Assembly (NCBI GenBank): GCA_965140415.1 | Contig: OZ223209.1 | Coordinates: 2,240,001 to 2,304,000, forward strand | Source: Myxococcota bacterium | Lineage (GTDB): Bacteria; Myxococcota_A; SURF-8 | DNA: 64,000 nucleotides | Direction: 5' to 3' | In this document: positions 39,034-49,249 of the stretch, one piece after another | Layout of the letters: each line of letters begins with the position of its first letter | Position numbering within the stretch: position 1 is the stretch's first letter | Position numbers and translations under genes: made by a program | Notes under the pieces: model-generated | The model's input: only the letters and a program-made list of their open reading frames with translations | What the model was told of the DNA's origin: nothing | The model's database searches: none

Positions 39034-39954
39034 TCAGCAGAACCGGAAGGTGGATTCCTGGGTGTAGCCGTTTTCCAACCCAAACTCATCCAGCCAGTCC
39101 AAGGCGCGTTCGTATTCTTCCTCTGTGATCTGGCGATTCATTCCCTCGATTTTCGTGGCTTTGTGCGCCGGGAAATACTGCGCCATCAAACTAAGAGTCG
39201 TTTCTTTGGATAGTTCCGTTGCAATGAACTTGAGCACCTCCCGGGTGCCGCTTTGATCATCGGGCAGTACCAGGTGCCGCACGATCATGCCCCGCGTTGC
39301 AAGGCCGTCTTCGTTTTGTTCGAGAAGGCCAACCTGTCGATGCATTTCCTGCACCGCTTTGCGGGCGATGTCCCAGTAGCCGGGGGCGGCGCTTAATCGC
39401 TTGGAGTGGACATCGCTGCTGTATTTGATATCGGGCAGGTAGATGTCCACAATGCCTTCCAGTTGACATAGGGTTTCCACTCGCTCATAGGCGTTGGAAT
39501 TCCATACGATCGGGATCGTCAACCCTTCCTTGGATGCAAGGTGAATGGCACGGACGATGGCGGCGGTGTAATGCGTTGGAGATACGAAATTGATGTTATG
39601 GGCTCCGCGCTTCTGCAAGGCCAGCATCATGGTCGCCAGGCCCTCTTCATCCGTTGCTTTGCCATTACCCAGTTGGCTGATCGGGTAGTTCTGGCAAAAC
39701 ACACAGCGCAGGTTGCAGTAAGTCAGAAAGATCGTTCCCGAGCCATTGGCGCCGGTAATCGGAGGTTCTTCTCCGAAGTGAAGGTTGTGTGAAGATACGA
39801 ACAATGATCTGGGTGCGCGACAGACTCCCAGTTTCTCGATCCGGTCTACATGGCACAGGCGTGGACAGATCTCGCAGTTGCGCTCCAACTCTTGCAAGGC
39901 TTGTAACTTCGATTGCCATTCTGTTTCGCTGAGCTTACGGTGCGAGGCTGTCAT
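39034..39954 (-). CDS. pflX: PflX-like radical SAM protein
   Basis: CEICPRLC, HFGEEPPI, GSGTIF, CNLRCVFCQN, DIYLPDIKY, VRHLVLP; start reassigned to ATG 39954. Confidence 0.85.
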   Translation of the reverse strand: MTASHRKLSETEWQSKLQALQELERNCEICPRLCHVDRIEKLGVCRAPRSLFVSSHNLHFGEEPPITGANGSGTIFLTYCNLRCVFCQNYPISQLGNGKATDEEGLATMMLALQKRGAHNINFVSPTHYTAAIVRAIHLASKEGLTIPIVWNSNAYERVETLCQLEGIVDIYLPDIKYSSDVHSKRLSAAPGYWDIARKAVQEMHRQVGLLEQNEDGLATRGMIVRHLVLPDDQSGTREVLKFIATELSKETTLSLMAQYFPAHKATKIEGMNRQITEEEYERALDWLDEFGLENGYTQESTFRFC

Positions 39955-40597
39955 GGTGGTTGTTCTGGAGATGCTCGTCGTTGTAAATGCGCTTTGGATC
40001 GACATGTCCATAGCGCTGGGAATCCATCCAGCATTTCTGTAATTTAAGGAAAACCGGGCGGAAATCTTCCGTAACTTCCTTGCGTAGCAACTTGAAGGTT
40101 TTTCGAATGAATTTCGATGCTTGTGCAGGATGATGCACGAAGGCCTGCATAAAGTGGATTTTATCGTTCTTTGCAAACAGGCGTGCTTCGAAAAGGCTGC
40201 CTTTGGTTAAGGCGACCAAGGTTCTTCGTTCGGTGACGGTATACTGGCTCTGGTCGCACAGATCACGTAATACAACCTGATTCAATTTCGGTTTGATGCG
40301 GCGCACTTCGAACATGCCATGAATCGGCTGGCTGAATGCCTTAAGGGTTTCCATATCCATTTCGCTAGGCTCGGAACCAAGCGTTTGCCGGTAATAGTCG
40401 ATGGCGGAGGGATTTTCCCTGAACGGTCGATCGAAGAGAAACCATTCCAGATAGTTCGTTACTCGATCTTCATAAAAAGCGTCATCTTCGAAAATTTCAC
40501 CGGTTTGCAGGAAGAAATCCTTGCGGGCCAGTTGAAGTTCTTCTGGAAAGCGTTCGTTGAAGAAACTGATAATGGATTCGAAATATTCCTGGTACAC
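39935..40597 (-). CDS. Hypothetical protein overlapping the pflX start
   Basis: 220-aa ORF with natural composition (FFLQTGEIFEDD, WFLFDRP, FEARL); 20-nt overlap with pflX. Confidence 0.7.
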   Translation of the reverse strand: MYQEYFESIISFFNERFPEELQLARKDFFLQTGEIFEDDAFYEDRVTNYLEWFLFDRPFRENPSAIDYYRQTLGSEPSEMDMETLKAFSQPIHGMFEVRRIKPKLNQVVLRDLCDQSQYTVTERRTLVALTKGSLFEARLFAKNDKIHFMQAFVHHPAQASKFIRKTFKLLRKEVTEDFRPVFLKLQKCWMDSQRYGHVDPKRIYNDEHLQNNHHDSLAP

Positions 40598-40981
40598 GGT
40601 GTATCACCTATTCCCACGTTGCAACGGGGCAGGATGTTAATGAATATAATGAATGAATGCAAGCGAAATTGAACTCATCGAAGCATGAAAGTGCTCTATT
40701 TTGTGTGCAAAATTGGGTACTGGAATGAATCTTCCAGAAATAATAAGGGATTACGTTAAATCTTCCCGGAAAACGTGTAATGAAAATGGTTGTTGACAAC
40801 AAATGGAAGGAATGATACCAGATCTCTGCCTCTCCTATGACTATGTAGGGCAGGTTTTTCTGTTTGGTGGCTTTGGGAGCAGAATTGGCGGAACTTTAAA
40901 AGAAAGATCATTTGATTGACCCGACTGAGGCATACTGGTACCCTGAAATGGGTGGATGGGGCGATTAAGGACAGATAATAC

Positions 40982-43147
40982 GTGACGAATCGAGTGCATC
41001 ACATTGCCGCGGCGCTGCTGTGGACTCTCTTGATTTTGGGAGCCTGCCAGTCTAAAGAGGCGCCTGTTGAAAAGCCGGCGGAGATAGCTCCGACGCCTGC
41101 TCCCAAAGCGATATCCAGCTATATCGAAACCGGTGACTTGCAGAGTATCGCAGAACGCGGCGAGATCCGTATCCTCATGCCCAAGGACGATTCCATCGAA
41201 TTCCTCCCCAGAGGCGGGATGCCCTTGGACCGGGAACGACAGCAGACATCCGCTTTTGCCGAGCAGCTTGGTTTGAAACCGGTTTTCATTCCGCTTGAAG
41301 GTCACGCCCAATTGATTCCTTATCTTTTGGCTGGCAAGGGAGATGTGGTTGCCGCCCGTATGACGGTGACCGAGCAGCGCAAGGAAAGCGTAGCATTTAC
41401 CGTGCCGCTGCGCATGGTCAAGGAAGTCGTTGTTGTACGGCCCGAGAATAATTCGATTACCAAGCTAGAAGATTTAGCCGGGAAAACAGTTGCGGTACGG
41501 CGCTCCTCGTCGTATTGGGAGACGTTGACGAAACTACAGGAAGAAATTCCGAACATCACTTTGAAGCCGCTCTCGGAAAGTATGGATACCGAGCAGATTC
41601 TGTATCGGTTGGCGGTTGGGCAGTTTGATGTGACTGTTTCCGATGACAATATCGTCAAGGAAGTGATGACCTACCGCTCCAATCTCAAGATCGCCTGCGA
41701 GTTGCCCGGTGAGCGGGCGGTGGCATGGGCGGTTCGACCGGATGCGGAAGAATTGCTGGAGTCACTGAATTCGTACATCATGAAGAAGCAACTGTCGAAT
41801 CCTGTAAGTGCCATTCATTTCGGGGACTTCTCGAAAATCAAGGAACGCAAAGTGCTGCGGGTGCTGACCCGCAACAGTGCGTCGACCTATTTTCTTTGGC
41901 GTGGAGAAATCCTGGGATTTGAACACGAACTGGCGATGGCGTTTGCCAAGGAACATGACCTGCGCGTCGAGATGGTTGTGCCTCCCAATCGAGAAGACCT
42001 GATTCCCTGGTTATTGGAAGGGAAGGGGGATCTGGTGGCGGCATCGCTGACCGCGACGGAGGAAAGAAAGAAGATTACGAGTTTGACCTTCTCGCGCCCC
42101 TATCACATCGTCAGCGAACTGGTTGTGGCGCGTTCCAATGAAAAAAGCCTGCATGACGTTCAGGATCTGGCCGGGCGCACGGTTGTGGTTCGAAAGAGCA
42201 GCAGTTACTGGGATACCTTGCAGCATTTGATTGCCTCGGGTATTGAGATCAATGTTGAAGCTGCACCGGAGAATATGGAAACCGAGGAAATCATCGCCCG
42301 TGTCGCGCGTGGGGAATACGACTTGACGGTGGCCGATAGCCACATCGTTGAGATCGAGATGACCTGGCGGGAAGATATCAAGTCCGTATTCGCACTGGGT
42401 GAGCCGGTATCGCACGGTTGGGTAATGCGAACTGCCAATACGGAGCTGATAGAGGCAGTCAATCAATTCTTCGATCGTCAGTATAAAAGCCGATTCTATA
42501 ATCGCATATATAAGAAGTATTTCAAAAATCCTCGCCGAATCAAACAGCGCAATGAGCGCCGTCCTGCGGTGACTGGGCAGTTGTCTCCATTCGATGAGAT
42601 CGTAAAGCGCAATGCAGAAAAATACGATATGGATTGGCGCTTGATCGTTTCGATGATCTATCAGGAAAGCAATTTCAATCCCAATGCACGTTCATGGGCT
42701 GGTGCGGTCGGTTTGATGCAGCTATTGCCGCGTACAGCGGAAGAAATGGGATTTCATCATCTGACACATCCGGAAAGCAATATCCGAGCGGGGTTGATGT
42801 ACCTTGTGCGTATGTGGAATCGCTTCGATTCGGAGATTTCCGTTCGGGATCGCATGTGGTTTTCATTGGCATCCTACAACGCCGGTTACGGGCATGTTTT
42901 CGATGCGCGTAGATTGGCCAAGCAGTTGGGTTACAATCCAAATCGATGGTTTAACCATGTTGAGAAAGCGATGCTACTGCTTTCTCGTCCCCGCTACGCC
43001 AGAAGAGCTCGTTATGGATATTGCCGTGGACAGGAGCCGGTGCAGTATGTACAGGAAATTCGAGATCGCTACTATGCCTATTTGAGTTTGGAAACCTACG
43101 AACCGCAAACAGCCGCCTCCGAAAACGAAGCCACGTCCGCACCGTAA
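40982..43147 (+). CDS. mltF: MltF-like lytic transglycosylase with two substrate-binding (PBP) domains
   Basis: LGAC lipobox; two PBPb repeats (GKGDVVAA and GKGDLVAA); SLT motifs QESNF, GAVGLMQ, ASYNAG. Confidence 0.85.
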   Translation: MTNRVHHIAAALLWTLLILGACQSKEAPVEKPAEIAPTPAPKAISSYIETGDLQSIAERGEIRILMPKDDSIEFLPRGGMPLDRERQQTSAFAEQLGLKPVFIPLEGHAQLIPYLLAGKGDVVAARMTVTEQRKESVAFTVPLRMVKEVVVVRPENNSITKLEDLAGKTVAVRRSSSYWETLTKLQEEIPNITLKPLSESMDTEQILYRLAVGQFDVTVSDDNIVKEVMTYRSNLKIACELPGERAVAWAVRPDAEELLESLNSYIMKKQLSNPVSAIHFGDFSKIKERKVLRVLTRNSASTYFLWRGEILGFEHELAMAFAKEHDLRVEMVVPPNREDLIPWLLEGKGDLVAASLTATEERKKITSLTFSRPYHIVSELVVARSNEKSLHDVQDLAGRTVVVRKSSSYWDTLQHLIASGIEINVEAAPENMETEEIIARVARGEYDLTVADSHIVEIEMTWREDIKSVFALGEPVSHGWVMRTANTELIEAVNQFFDRQYKSRFYNRIYKKYFKNPRRIKQRNERRPAVTGQLSPFDEIVKRNAEKYDMDWRLIVSMIYQESNFNPNARSWAGAVGLMQLLPRTAEEMGFHHLTHPESNIRAGLMYLVRMWNRFDSEISVRDRMWFSLASYNAGYGHVFDARRLAKQLGYNPNRWFNHVEKAMLLLSRPRYARRARYGYCRGQEPVQYVQEIRDRYYAYLSLETYEPQTAASENEATSAP

Positions 43148-43261
43148 TCGTCAAAGTGGTTTCTCTCTCTAAAACGTTGCCTTCTATTTCCTTAATCCCA
43201 TTTTGCCCTTCATTATGGAGTTGTGGTATACCTCTAGCAATATGATGAGCCAAGGTGACGT

Positions 43262-45274
43262 GTGATGGGGCGATACCAGCAGTTTGAAACAGCATTACAT
43301 TCATGGTGGGCGTTTGCCTTGCTGCTTGTATTGGTTACAGTGATACAGGCGCCTGCATTGCAGAATGGTTTCGTTTACGACGATGATTTGGCCATCGTTA
43401 ACAATTCACTGGTTACCCAAGCCCGCTACACTGACATCTGGACATCGGATATATGGGGAACGACAGGAGAAGTAACAACCGGCACGTATCGTCCTTTGAT
43501 GGTGACATCCTTTGCACTGCAATGGGCTTTTTCTCCAAATTCGTCTTTCTCTTTTCACCTTGTCAATCTGATATTGTTGTTACTCACGCTTACCGTTTTA
43601 TTCCTATTTCTGCGTGATCGTTTCCCTGTGCCGATTGCCTGGCTGGCAGTTGCCGGATTGGCATTGCATCCGGTCAACAGCGAAGTGTTTTATAATATTG
43701 TACAACGCTCCGAATTGATGGCGGCTCTATTCGGTTTGGGTTATTTGCATTGTACGCTTCCCGCAAATGGTCGAGAGCCAAGCCTGGCGCGCCAATTCAT
43801 TGGTCTTTTTTTATTGGTGTTTGCCTTGTTTTCAAAAGAAAACGCCATTGTTTTTCCGGCTCTATTTATTTTGCTTGCAATTGGCTTGCCGGATGCCTCC
43901 TCGAATTGGAAACAGCGTATCAGGCGTATGCTGCCGGTGATGGTCGCTTCGCTTGTATTGGTTTCATGCTACCTGGTGCTGCGCCATGAGGTTTTACAGA
44001 GCTTTTCCCGGGAAGTGTCGCCGACCTTCAATCCTACCGTTGTGTTCGATCCGTTCTGGCGACACGCCAACAGCGCTTGGTTGGCGTTACGGTATGTGTT
44101 GCGCTATCTCTGGCCTTTGCCGCAGCCGATGGAATGGACCTACAATCAGTTACCGGTATTCGGTGCGGAAGGCTGGGCCTTTCTCCTTATGATCTGGCTG
44201 GTCGTACTTGGAGTAGGCTGGGTGAGCTTGAAAGGGGTGCTTAAACAGTCCTACTGGGCGCTGGGTGTGGCGTGGTTTGCATTGGCTATTGCACCGGTCG
44301 TGCAGGCTTTGGTTACGGTTACCGTCCTTTTCGCGGATCGCTGCATGTTTTTGCCTGGGATCGGTTTGAGTATTGCCGGGGCGTATGTAGTGTTGAATCT
44401 TTTTCAACGATGGGCAGGCAGACGACAACTGGCGTGGTTGCTCTTCGCGCCATTACTATTGTTTGGAGCTTGGGCACAACTTCAGGTGCAGTCGAATTGG
44501 AGCGACAACCTAACCTTGTTCCGGGTTCTGGCGCAGAATTCGGATCGTTGCGCCAATGCCCAGGCCGGATACGGGAAATTCTTGTTTGCAAATGGGAACC
44601 TGGAGTTGGCGGAACAGCAGTTCTCTCGTGCGGCACATCTGGCACCGTCTTCACCCGGTTTCGGCCAATGGCTTGGGCGCGTGCAACTGCAACGAGGAAA
44701 ACTGGAAGAGGCGTTGAAAACCTTTCAGATCGTGCGCGAAGGTGCGCATCCGCTGGATCGTGCCGCCTTGCAGCAGGAGCAGATCCAGTGGATAATCGGT
44801 TACGGTTTTAAACTTCTGGAATCAAATGCAAAGCAGGCGCTTATGGTGTTCGATGAGGTTTTACGAATTGACAAACAACCTTATGATGCCTGGCTGGGAA
44901 GGGCTGTAGCGCTCTGTGAACTGAAGAAAAACGAGCAGGCGAAAGTAGCGATTGTCGAATTGCAGCGGCGTTTCCCAGATCAGCCTGAAAATGCCGCCAA
45001 TCTTGCGCGACTCTATGACATGCAAGAGGAATTTCAGCAGGCGCTCGTGCAATACGATCTGGCGCTATCGCGTAAACCGGGTGATGCGGATATCAGGCGC
45101 AAACGGGCGATCATTTTGCGCAAACTTGGGCGCGGCTGGGAAGCACTGGAGGAATTGGGGAAACTATTGCGAGAAAACCCCAACGATCATGAGGCGCGAC
45201 AGGAGTTCATGCGGCTGCGTGGTGCTACCGACGAGGAATTCACGCGCAAAAAGCCCTTTCAGGATGTTGATTGA
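43262..45274 (+). CDS. TMTC-like GT-C membrane protein with TPR repeats (putative protein glycosyltransferase)
   Basis: FVYDD, YRPL, FHLVN, LHPVNSE, RSELM, SKENA, ADRCMFLP, followed by a TPR array. Confidence 0.75.
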   Translation: MMGRYQQFETALHSWWAFALLLVLVTVIQAPALQNGFVYDDDLAIVNNSLVTQARYTDIWTSDIWGTTGEVTTGTYRPLMVTSFALQWAFSPNSSFSFHLVNLILLLLTLTVLFLFLRDRFPVPIAWLAVAGLALHPVNSEVFYNIVQRSELMAALFGLGYLHCTLPANGREPSLARQFIGLFLLVFALFSKENAIVFPALFILLAIGLPDASSNWKQRIRRMLPVMVASLVLVSCYLVLRHEVLQSFSREVSPTFNPTVVFDPFWRHANSAWLALRYVLRYLWPLPQPMEWTYNQLPVFGAEGWAFLLMIWLVVLGVGWVSLKGVLKQSYWALGVAWFALAIAPVVQALVTVTVLFADRCMFLPGIGLSIAGAYVVLNLFQRWAGRRQLAWLLFAPLLLFGAWAQLQVQSNWSDNLTLFRVLAQNSDRCANAQAGYGKFLFANGNLELAEQQFSRAAHLAPSSPGFGQWLGRVQLQRGKLEEALKTFQIVREGAHPLDRAALQQEQIQWIIGYGFKLLESNAKQALMVFDEVLRIDKQPYDAWLGRAVALCELKKNEQAKVAIVELQRRFPDQPENAANLARLYDMQEEFQQALVQYDLALSRKPGDADIRRKRAIILRKLGRGWEALEELGKLLRENPNDHEARQEFMRLRGATDEEFTRKKPFQDVD

Positions 45275-45310
45275 GCCCACCTGGTGTTAGCCACAAATAT
45301 AAAGTTCCAA

Positions 45311-46522
45311 TCAGGTATGGTGGTGCATGCTCTGACCCAGCAGCGGGTCTTTGATCGGCACAGGATGATGTCTGCCCAATACCCAGGTGAATACCAGATA
45401 AAAAGCTCCGGCAAAGCCCAAGAACACTAGGAATTCGCTGATCGGCAGATGTCCCTGGGCGGCGTGTTCGCCATGCCCGATTGCCGGGGATACCATGACG
45501 TACAACTCCAGAAACTGAGCCAGCAGAATCAATACCGCCATCGTGATGACGCGCTTGGGGCGGCGCTTGTTTTCACGCGGCGTCAGATAAATAAAGGGAA
45601 TCACGAACTTCACGATGGGTAGTAGAGCCAGATACGGCAGCCAGCCGTTGGACCAGCGCGCAATGAAATAAAGCGTTTCTTCCGGCAGGTTGCCGTACCA
45701 GATCAACAAGAATTGACAGAAGTAGATGTAAGCCCAGAATCCGGTGAAGGCGTACATGATTTTCGCGATATCGTGCAGGTGATTCTCGTTTAAAAAGGGT
45801 GTCAGTCGTCCGGTCAGCATGAAAATCGCCACCGTCAGTGAAACCAATGCCGCACCGGATTGCATCATATCGGTAAATGTAACCACGGCGTACATCGTAG
45901 AGAACCAGTGGGCATCCAATGACATCAGGTAGTAAAAGCTAACCATGCTGAAGCTTGGTGCGTACAACAGCAGAAAGACCGCTCCCAGTTTCTTGGTGCG
46001 GATGCTAAGACTTGGATCTCCGGTTTTATCCTGACGACGAGAAGCCCCGGTGATGAAAAACGAGAACGCCAGCCACAGCAAGGTGGCCGCTGTTACGAGC
46101 ACGGTGAACATGGTCGCATTTAAAAAGGGCGCTTTGTGCAACAGCAGCTCATCGGCGGCAACGACCTCGGTGTGGGACCAGTGATAAAGCGAGTGCAGCC
46201 CTGCAAGTAAAATCAGGCCCAGTACCAGACTGACTGAGAGCCATGAACCCATGGCTTCTACGATACGTCGCATGGGTACGGTCCAGACCCCACCGGTCAA
46301 AGCTTGAATCGCAGGCCATACCAACCCGAATAAAGCCAGGCTTAAAAAGTAGAACAGCCCGATCAGGTAGGCGCTCCAGGCGATGCCGTCGTGGCCGCTT
46401 TGCAGGTTATACAGAAACGCCCCAATTCCGATAACGACTGCCAGTATGGCGGCTATTTTCGAGCCGATCGGGAAACGGAGTCGATCGGGAAGGGCCAGAT
46501 GATCGATAACATGTTGGGTCAT
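45311..46522 (-). CDS. actF: Alternative complex III subunit F
   Basis: About 10 TM helices, LYHW, MSLDAHWFSTMY, QFLLIWYGNLPEET. Confidence 0.88.
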   Translation of the reverse strand: MTQHVIDHLALPDRLRFPIGSKIAAILAVVIGIGAFLYNLQSGHDGIAWSAYLIGLFYFLSLALFGLVWPAIQALTGGVWTVPMRRIVEAMGSWLSVSLVLGLILLAGLHSLYHWSHTEVVAADELLLHKAPFLNATMFTVLVTAATLLWLAFSFFITGASRRQDKTGDPSLSIRTKKLGAVFLLLYAPSFSMVSFYYLMSLDAHWFSTMYAVVTFTDMMQSGAALVSLTVAIFMLTGRLTPFLNENHLHDIAKIMYAFTGFWAYIYFCQFLLIWYGNLPEETLYFIARWSNGWLPYLALLPIVKFVIPFIYLTPRENKRRPKRVITMAVLILLAQFLELYVMVSPAIGHGEHAAQGHLPISEFLVFLGFAGAFYLVFTWVLGRHHPVPIKDPLLGQSMHHHT

Positions 46523-46540
46523 CGGTTTCTCCAAATGGAA

Positions 46541-47233
46541 TTACGGTTGCTCGTCCGTAGTCGTATTTTCAGGCTGATTCATCGTGTCCTCAGCCGATTC
46601 TTTTTCGGCTTCTTGCTCTGCTTTCTGCTTTGCCGCCAGTTCCGCAAGGTCTGCTTCCGTTGGAGGCGCTACCGGGGATTCCTTTTGCAGTTTGCGGACG
46701 TAATGCACAACTGCCCAAAGTTCTTCCGGCTCGAAGATCTTGGAGTAACTGGGCATCGATGCCTGCCCGCGCATGGGTACGTGGAAAATGCGTCCATCGC
46801 TGTAGTTGCGGACTTTCTGGCGCATCAAGTGCGGTGGCTTGGGGAAAAGCTGGGCTACTTCGCCGTCTCCTGCACCCTGTTTGCCATGACAGACGATACA
46901 GGCGTTTTCGAATACGAACTGACCCTTCGCTAGCACCTCGGGGGTTGGAGAAAGGGGATTGACCAGGGTTTCGCCTGCCAGATCCGCCTCTTGCTGAATG
47001 AAGCGATAGGGATGCTGACTGGTCGCGACCGTACCTTCCGCAGGCGCGAGCATGCCCACGACGCGCTCTGAAAACAGATCTTCGCGTTGGGGCTTCAGCT
47101 TTGGCTGGTCACCCATGTCGGTCCAGTTCAATTCCCAGAACGGATCTGCGCCACCGGGTAAACCGAGTTCGCAGCCGCTGCACAACAGCACTGCTAAAAG
47201 CAACAAGAGTGGCGTTAGGTAGTTACGCAACAT
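46541..47233 (-). CDS. actE: Alternative complex III monoheme cytochrome c lipoprotein
   Basis: CSGC lipobox, DMGDQPKLKPQ, CIVCH, MPSY; RBS GGAGG. Confidence 0.88.
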   Translation of the reverse strand: MLRNYLTPLLLLLAVLLCSGCELGLPGGADPFWELNWTDMGDQPKLKPQREDLFSERVVGMLAPAEGTVATSQHPYRFIQQEADLAGETLVNPLSPTPEVLAKGQFVFENACIVCHGKQGAGDGEVAQLFPKPPHLMRQKVRNYSDGRIFHVPMRGQASMPSYSKIFEPEELWAVVHYVRKLQKESPVAPPTEADLAELAAKQKAEQEAEKESAEDTMNQPENTTTDEQP

Positions 47234-47774
47234 AGTTGCCCTCCTGGTCGATAAGTCGAATGTCGTCGGCATCCAGTTCCTGTAAAAACTTTAGTGCATC
47301 TTCGTGATCGAAAGCCGGATCGCTGGCGGAAATCCAAAGCACGAAACGGTCCATGGTTGCACCGGTGCGCAGCATCGAGGGCGGTTGCGGCACGGTGTCT
47401 TTCTTGCCACCCAGAATCGCGAAGACGGCAGTCAGAATACCCGAAAAGAGAACCATCAATTCGAAGGTGATGGGTACAAAAGAGGGCCAGGCGAAAAAGG
47501 GCTTTCCGCCGAAGTTCATGGGCCAGTCGATCACCATGATGTAAATCATCATAGCCTGCGCCGCAAGGATGCCCAGCGCGGCGAACAGCGCCGAAAACCA
47601 GGGAACCCAGGAACGCTTCAGTCCCATTGCCTCGTCCATGCCGTGAACCGGAAAGGGCGTGAGTACGTCGAACAGTTTGTACTTGGAATCTTTCAGGCTT
47701 TTTGCGGCCTGTAACGCTTCGTCCGGAGTGTAGAAACTTCCCAATGCGCCGAGATAGTTTGGCTTGCCGCTCAT
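47223..47774 (-). CDS. actD: Alternative complex III subunit D (DUF3341)
   Basis: [34 protein letters not shown]. Confidence 0.92.
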   Translation of the reverse strand: MSGKPNYLGALGSFYTPDEALQAAKSLKDSKYKLFDVLTPFPVHGMDEAMGLKRSWVPWFSALFAALGILAAQAMMIYIMVIDWPMNFGGKPFFAWPSFVPITFELMVLFSGILTAVFAILGGKKDTVPQPPSMLRTGATMDRFVLWISASDPAFDHEDALKFLQELDADDIRLIDQEGNYVA

Positions 47775-49249
47775 CCCTGCACCTCCTTTCCCGGTCGTTT
47801 CGATGCGGCGACCGCCGGGTCCATGACGCCTTTGACTTCCGACATGGCCACCGAAGGCAGAAGCCGTACAAAAAGTAGAAAGAGCGTAAAGAACAGGCCG
47901 AAGGAGCCGATCAGGATCATCCAGTCAAACTTGGTCAGAGAGTACATGCCCCAACTGGAGGGGAGAAAGTCCCGATGCAGCGAGGTCACGATGATGACGT
48001 AGCGCTCGAACCACATGCCGATATTGACCAGAATCGAAACGATGAACAGGGCGTAGATGTTTCGCCGCAGGCTTTTAAACCAGAAGAATTGCGGTACGAT
48101 GGCATTGCAGGTGAACATGATGAAATAACTCCAGCCGTAGGGACCGAAGGCGCGGTTGCGGAAGATGAAGCCTTCGTATTCGCTGCCGGAATACCAGGCC
48201 ATGAAGAACTCGGTCATGTAGGCCAGTCCGACCAGCATTCCGGTGAGCATCAATACTTTGGCGATGGCTTCCATGTGGTTGATGGTGATGTAGTTTTTAA
48301 GGTTAAAGACCGCCCGCATGATGGTCATCAGGGTCAGCACCATGGCGAATCCGCTGAAGATCGCGCCGATTACGAAATAGGGCGGGAAGATCGTCGTATG
48401 CCAGCCGGGCAATATGGCTGTGGCGAAGTCGAAGGAAACGATGGTATGCACCGAGAAAACCAGGGGTGTCGCCAGTGCGGCCAGAATCAGATAGGCCGAC
48501 TCGTAGTGCCGCCAGGCGCGATTGCTACCGTTCCAGCCCAGAGAGAGCGCGTTATAGAAACGACGTCGCCAGGGATGTTTGGCATGATCGCGGATGGTCG
48601 CCAGATCCGGCAACAGTCCCATGTACCAGAAGACGGCGGAAATCGTGCCGTAGGTGGAAATGGCGAAAATGTCCCATGCCAGGGCGCTGTTGAAGTTCAC
48701 CCATAAGGAGCCGCGCCCGTTCGGAATCGGAGCCAGCCAGTAGGCGAACCAGGGCCTTCCAAGGTGGATGATGGGAAACAGTCCTGCGCAGGCCACGGCG
48801 AATAATGTCATCGCTTCTGCCGAGCGATTGATCGCCGTTCGCCACTTTTGTCGAAACAGATACAGCACCGCCGAAATCAGCGTTCCGGCGTGACCGATAC
48901 CGATCCAGAAAACGAAATTGACGATGAAGCTTCCCCAGCCAACCGGATGGTTGATGCCTACGACTCCTTCACCTGCGTAAAACAAGGTGGCAAGGCCGAG
49001 TCCCAGCATACTTAGCGCCGAAAGTGCCAGTGCAAAGGCGATCCACCAGCGCCGCGTCGGGAACGAATCGACGTGTACGCCGATATCGGTATCGACATCG
49101 AGGTAGCGTTTGGCTCCCGTAACCAGCGGCTCCGGGATGAACATATCGCCGCCAAACGGACCGGCTCCTTCGATGACCAGCGGTTTGCCGGTGAGCATCG
49201 AGTCGTTCATGTAAACGGCATATGGACTTGTGTTCGCATCATGTTTCAT
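47771..49249 (-). CDS. actC: Alternative complex III subunit C (NrfD/PsrC family)
   Basis: [49 protein letters not shown]. Confidence 0.95.
   Translation of the reverse strand: MKHDANTSPYAVYMNDSMLTGKPLVIEGAGPFGGDMFIPEPLVTGAKRYLDVDTDIGVHVDSFPTRRWWIAFALALSALSMLGLGLATLFYAGEGVVGINHPVGWGSFIVNFVFWIGIGHAGTLISAVLYLFRQKWRTAINRSAEAMTLFAVACAGLFPIIHLGRPWFAYWLAPIPNGRGSLWVNFNSALAWDIFAISTYGTISAVFWYMGLLPDLATIRDHAKHPWRRRFYNALSLGWNGSNRAWRHYESAYLILAALATPLVFSVHTIVSFDFATAILPGWHTTIFPPYFVIGAIFSGFAMVLTLMTIMRAVFNLKNYITINHMEAIAKVLMLTGMLVGLAYMTEFFMAWYSGSEYEGFIFRNRAFGPYGWSYFIMFTCNAIVPQFFWFKSLRRNIYALFIVSILVNIGMWFERYVIIVTSLHRDFLPSSWGMYSLTKFDWMILIGSFGLFFTLFLLFVRLLPSVAMSEVKGVMDPAVAASKRPGKEVQG

Noticed and set aside
39955..40176. 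N-terminal extension of pflX
   Set aside because: Lies inside the upstream gene in another frame; the family-like sequence begins at about 39954
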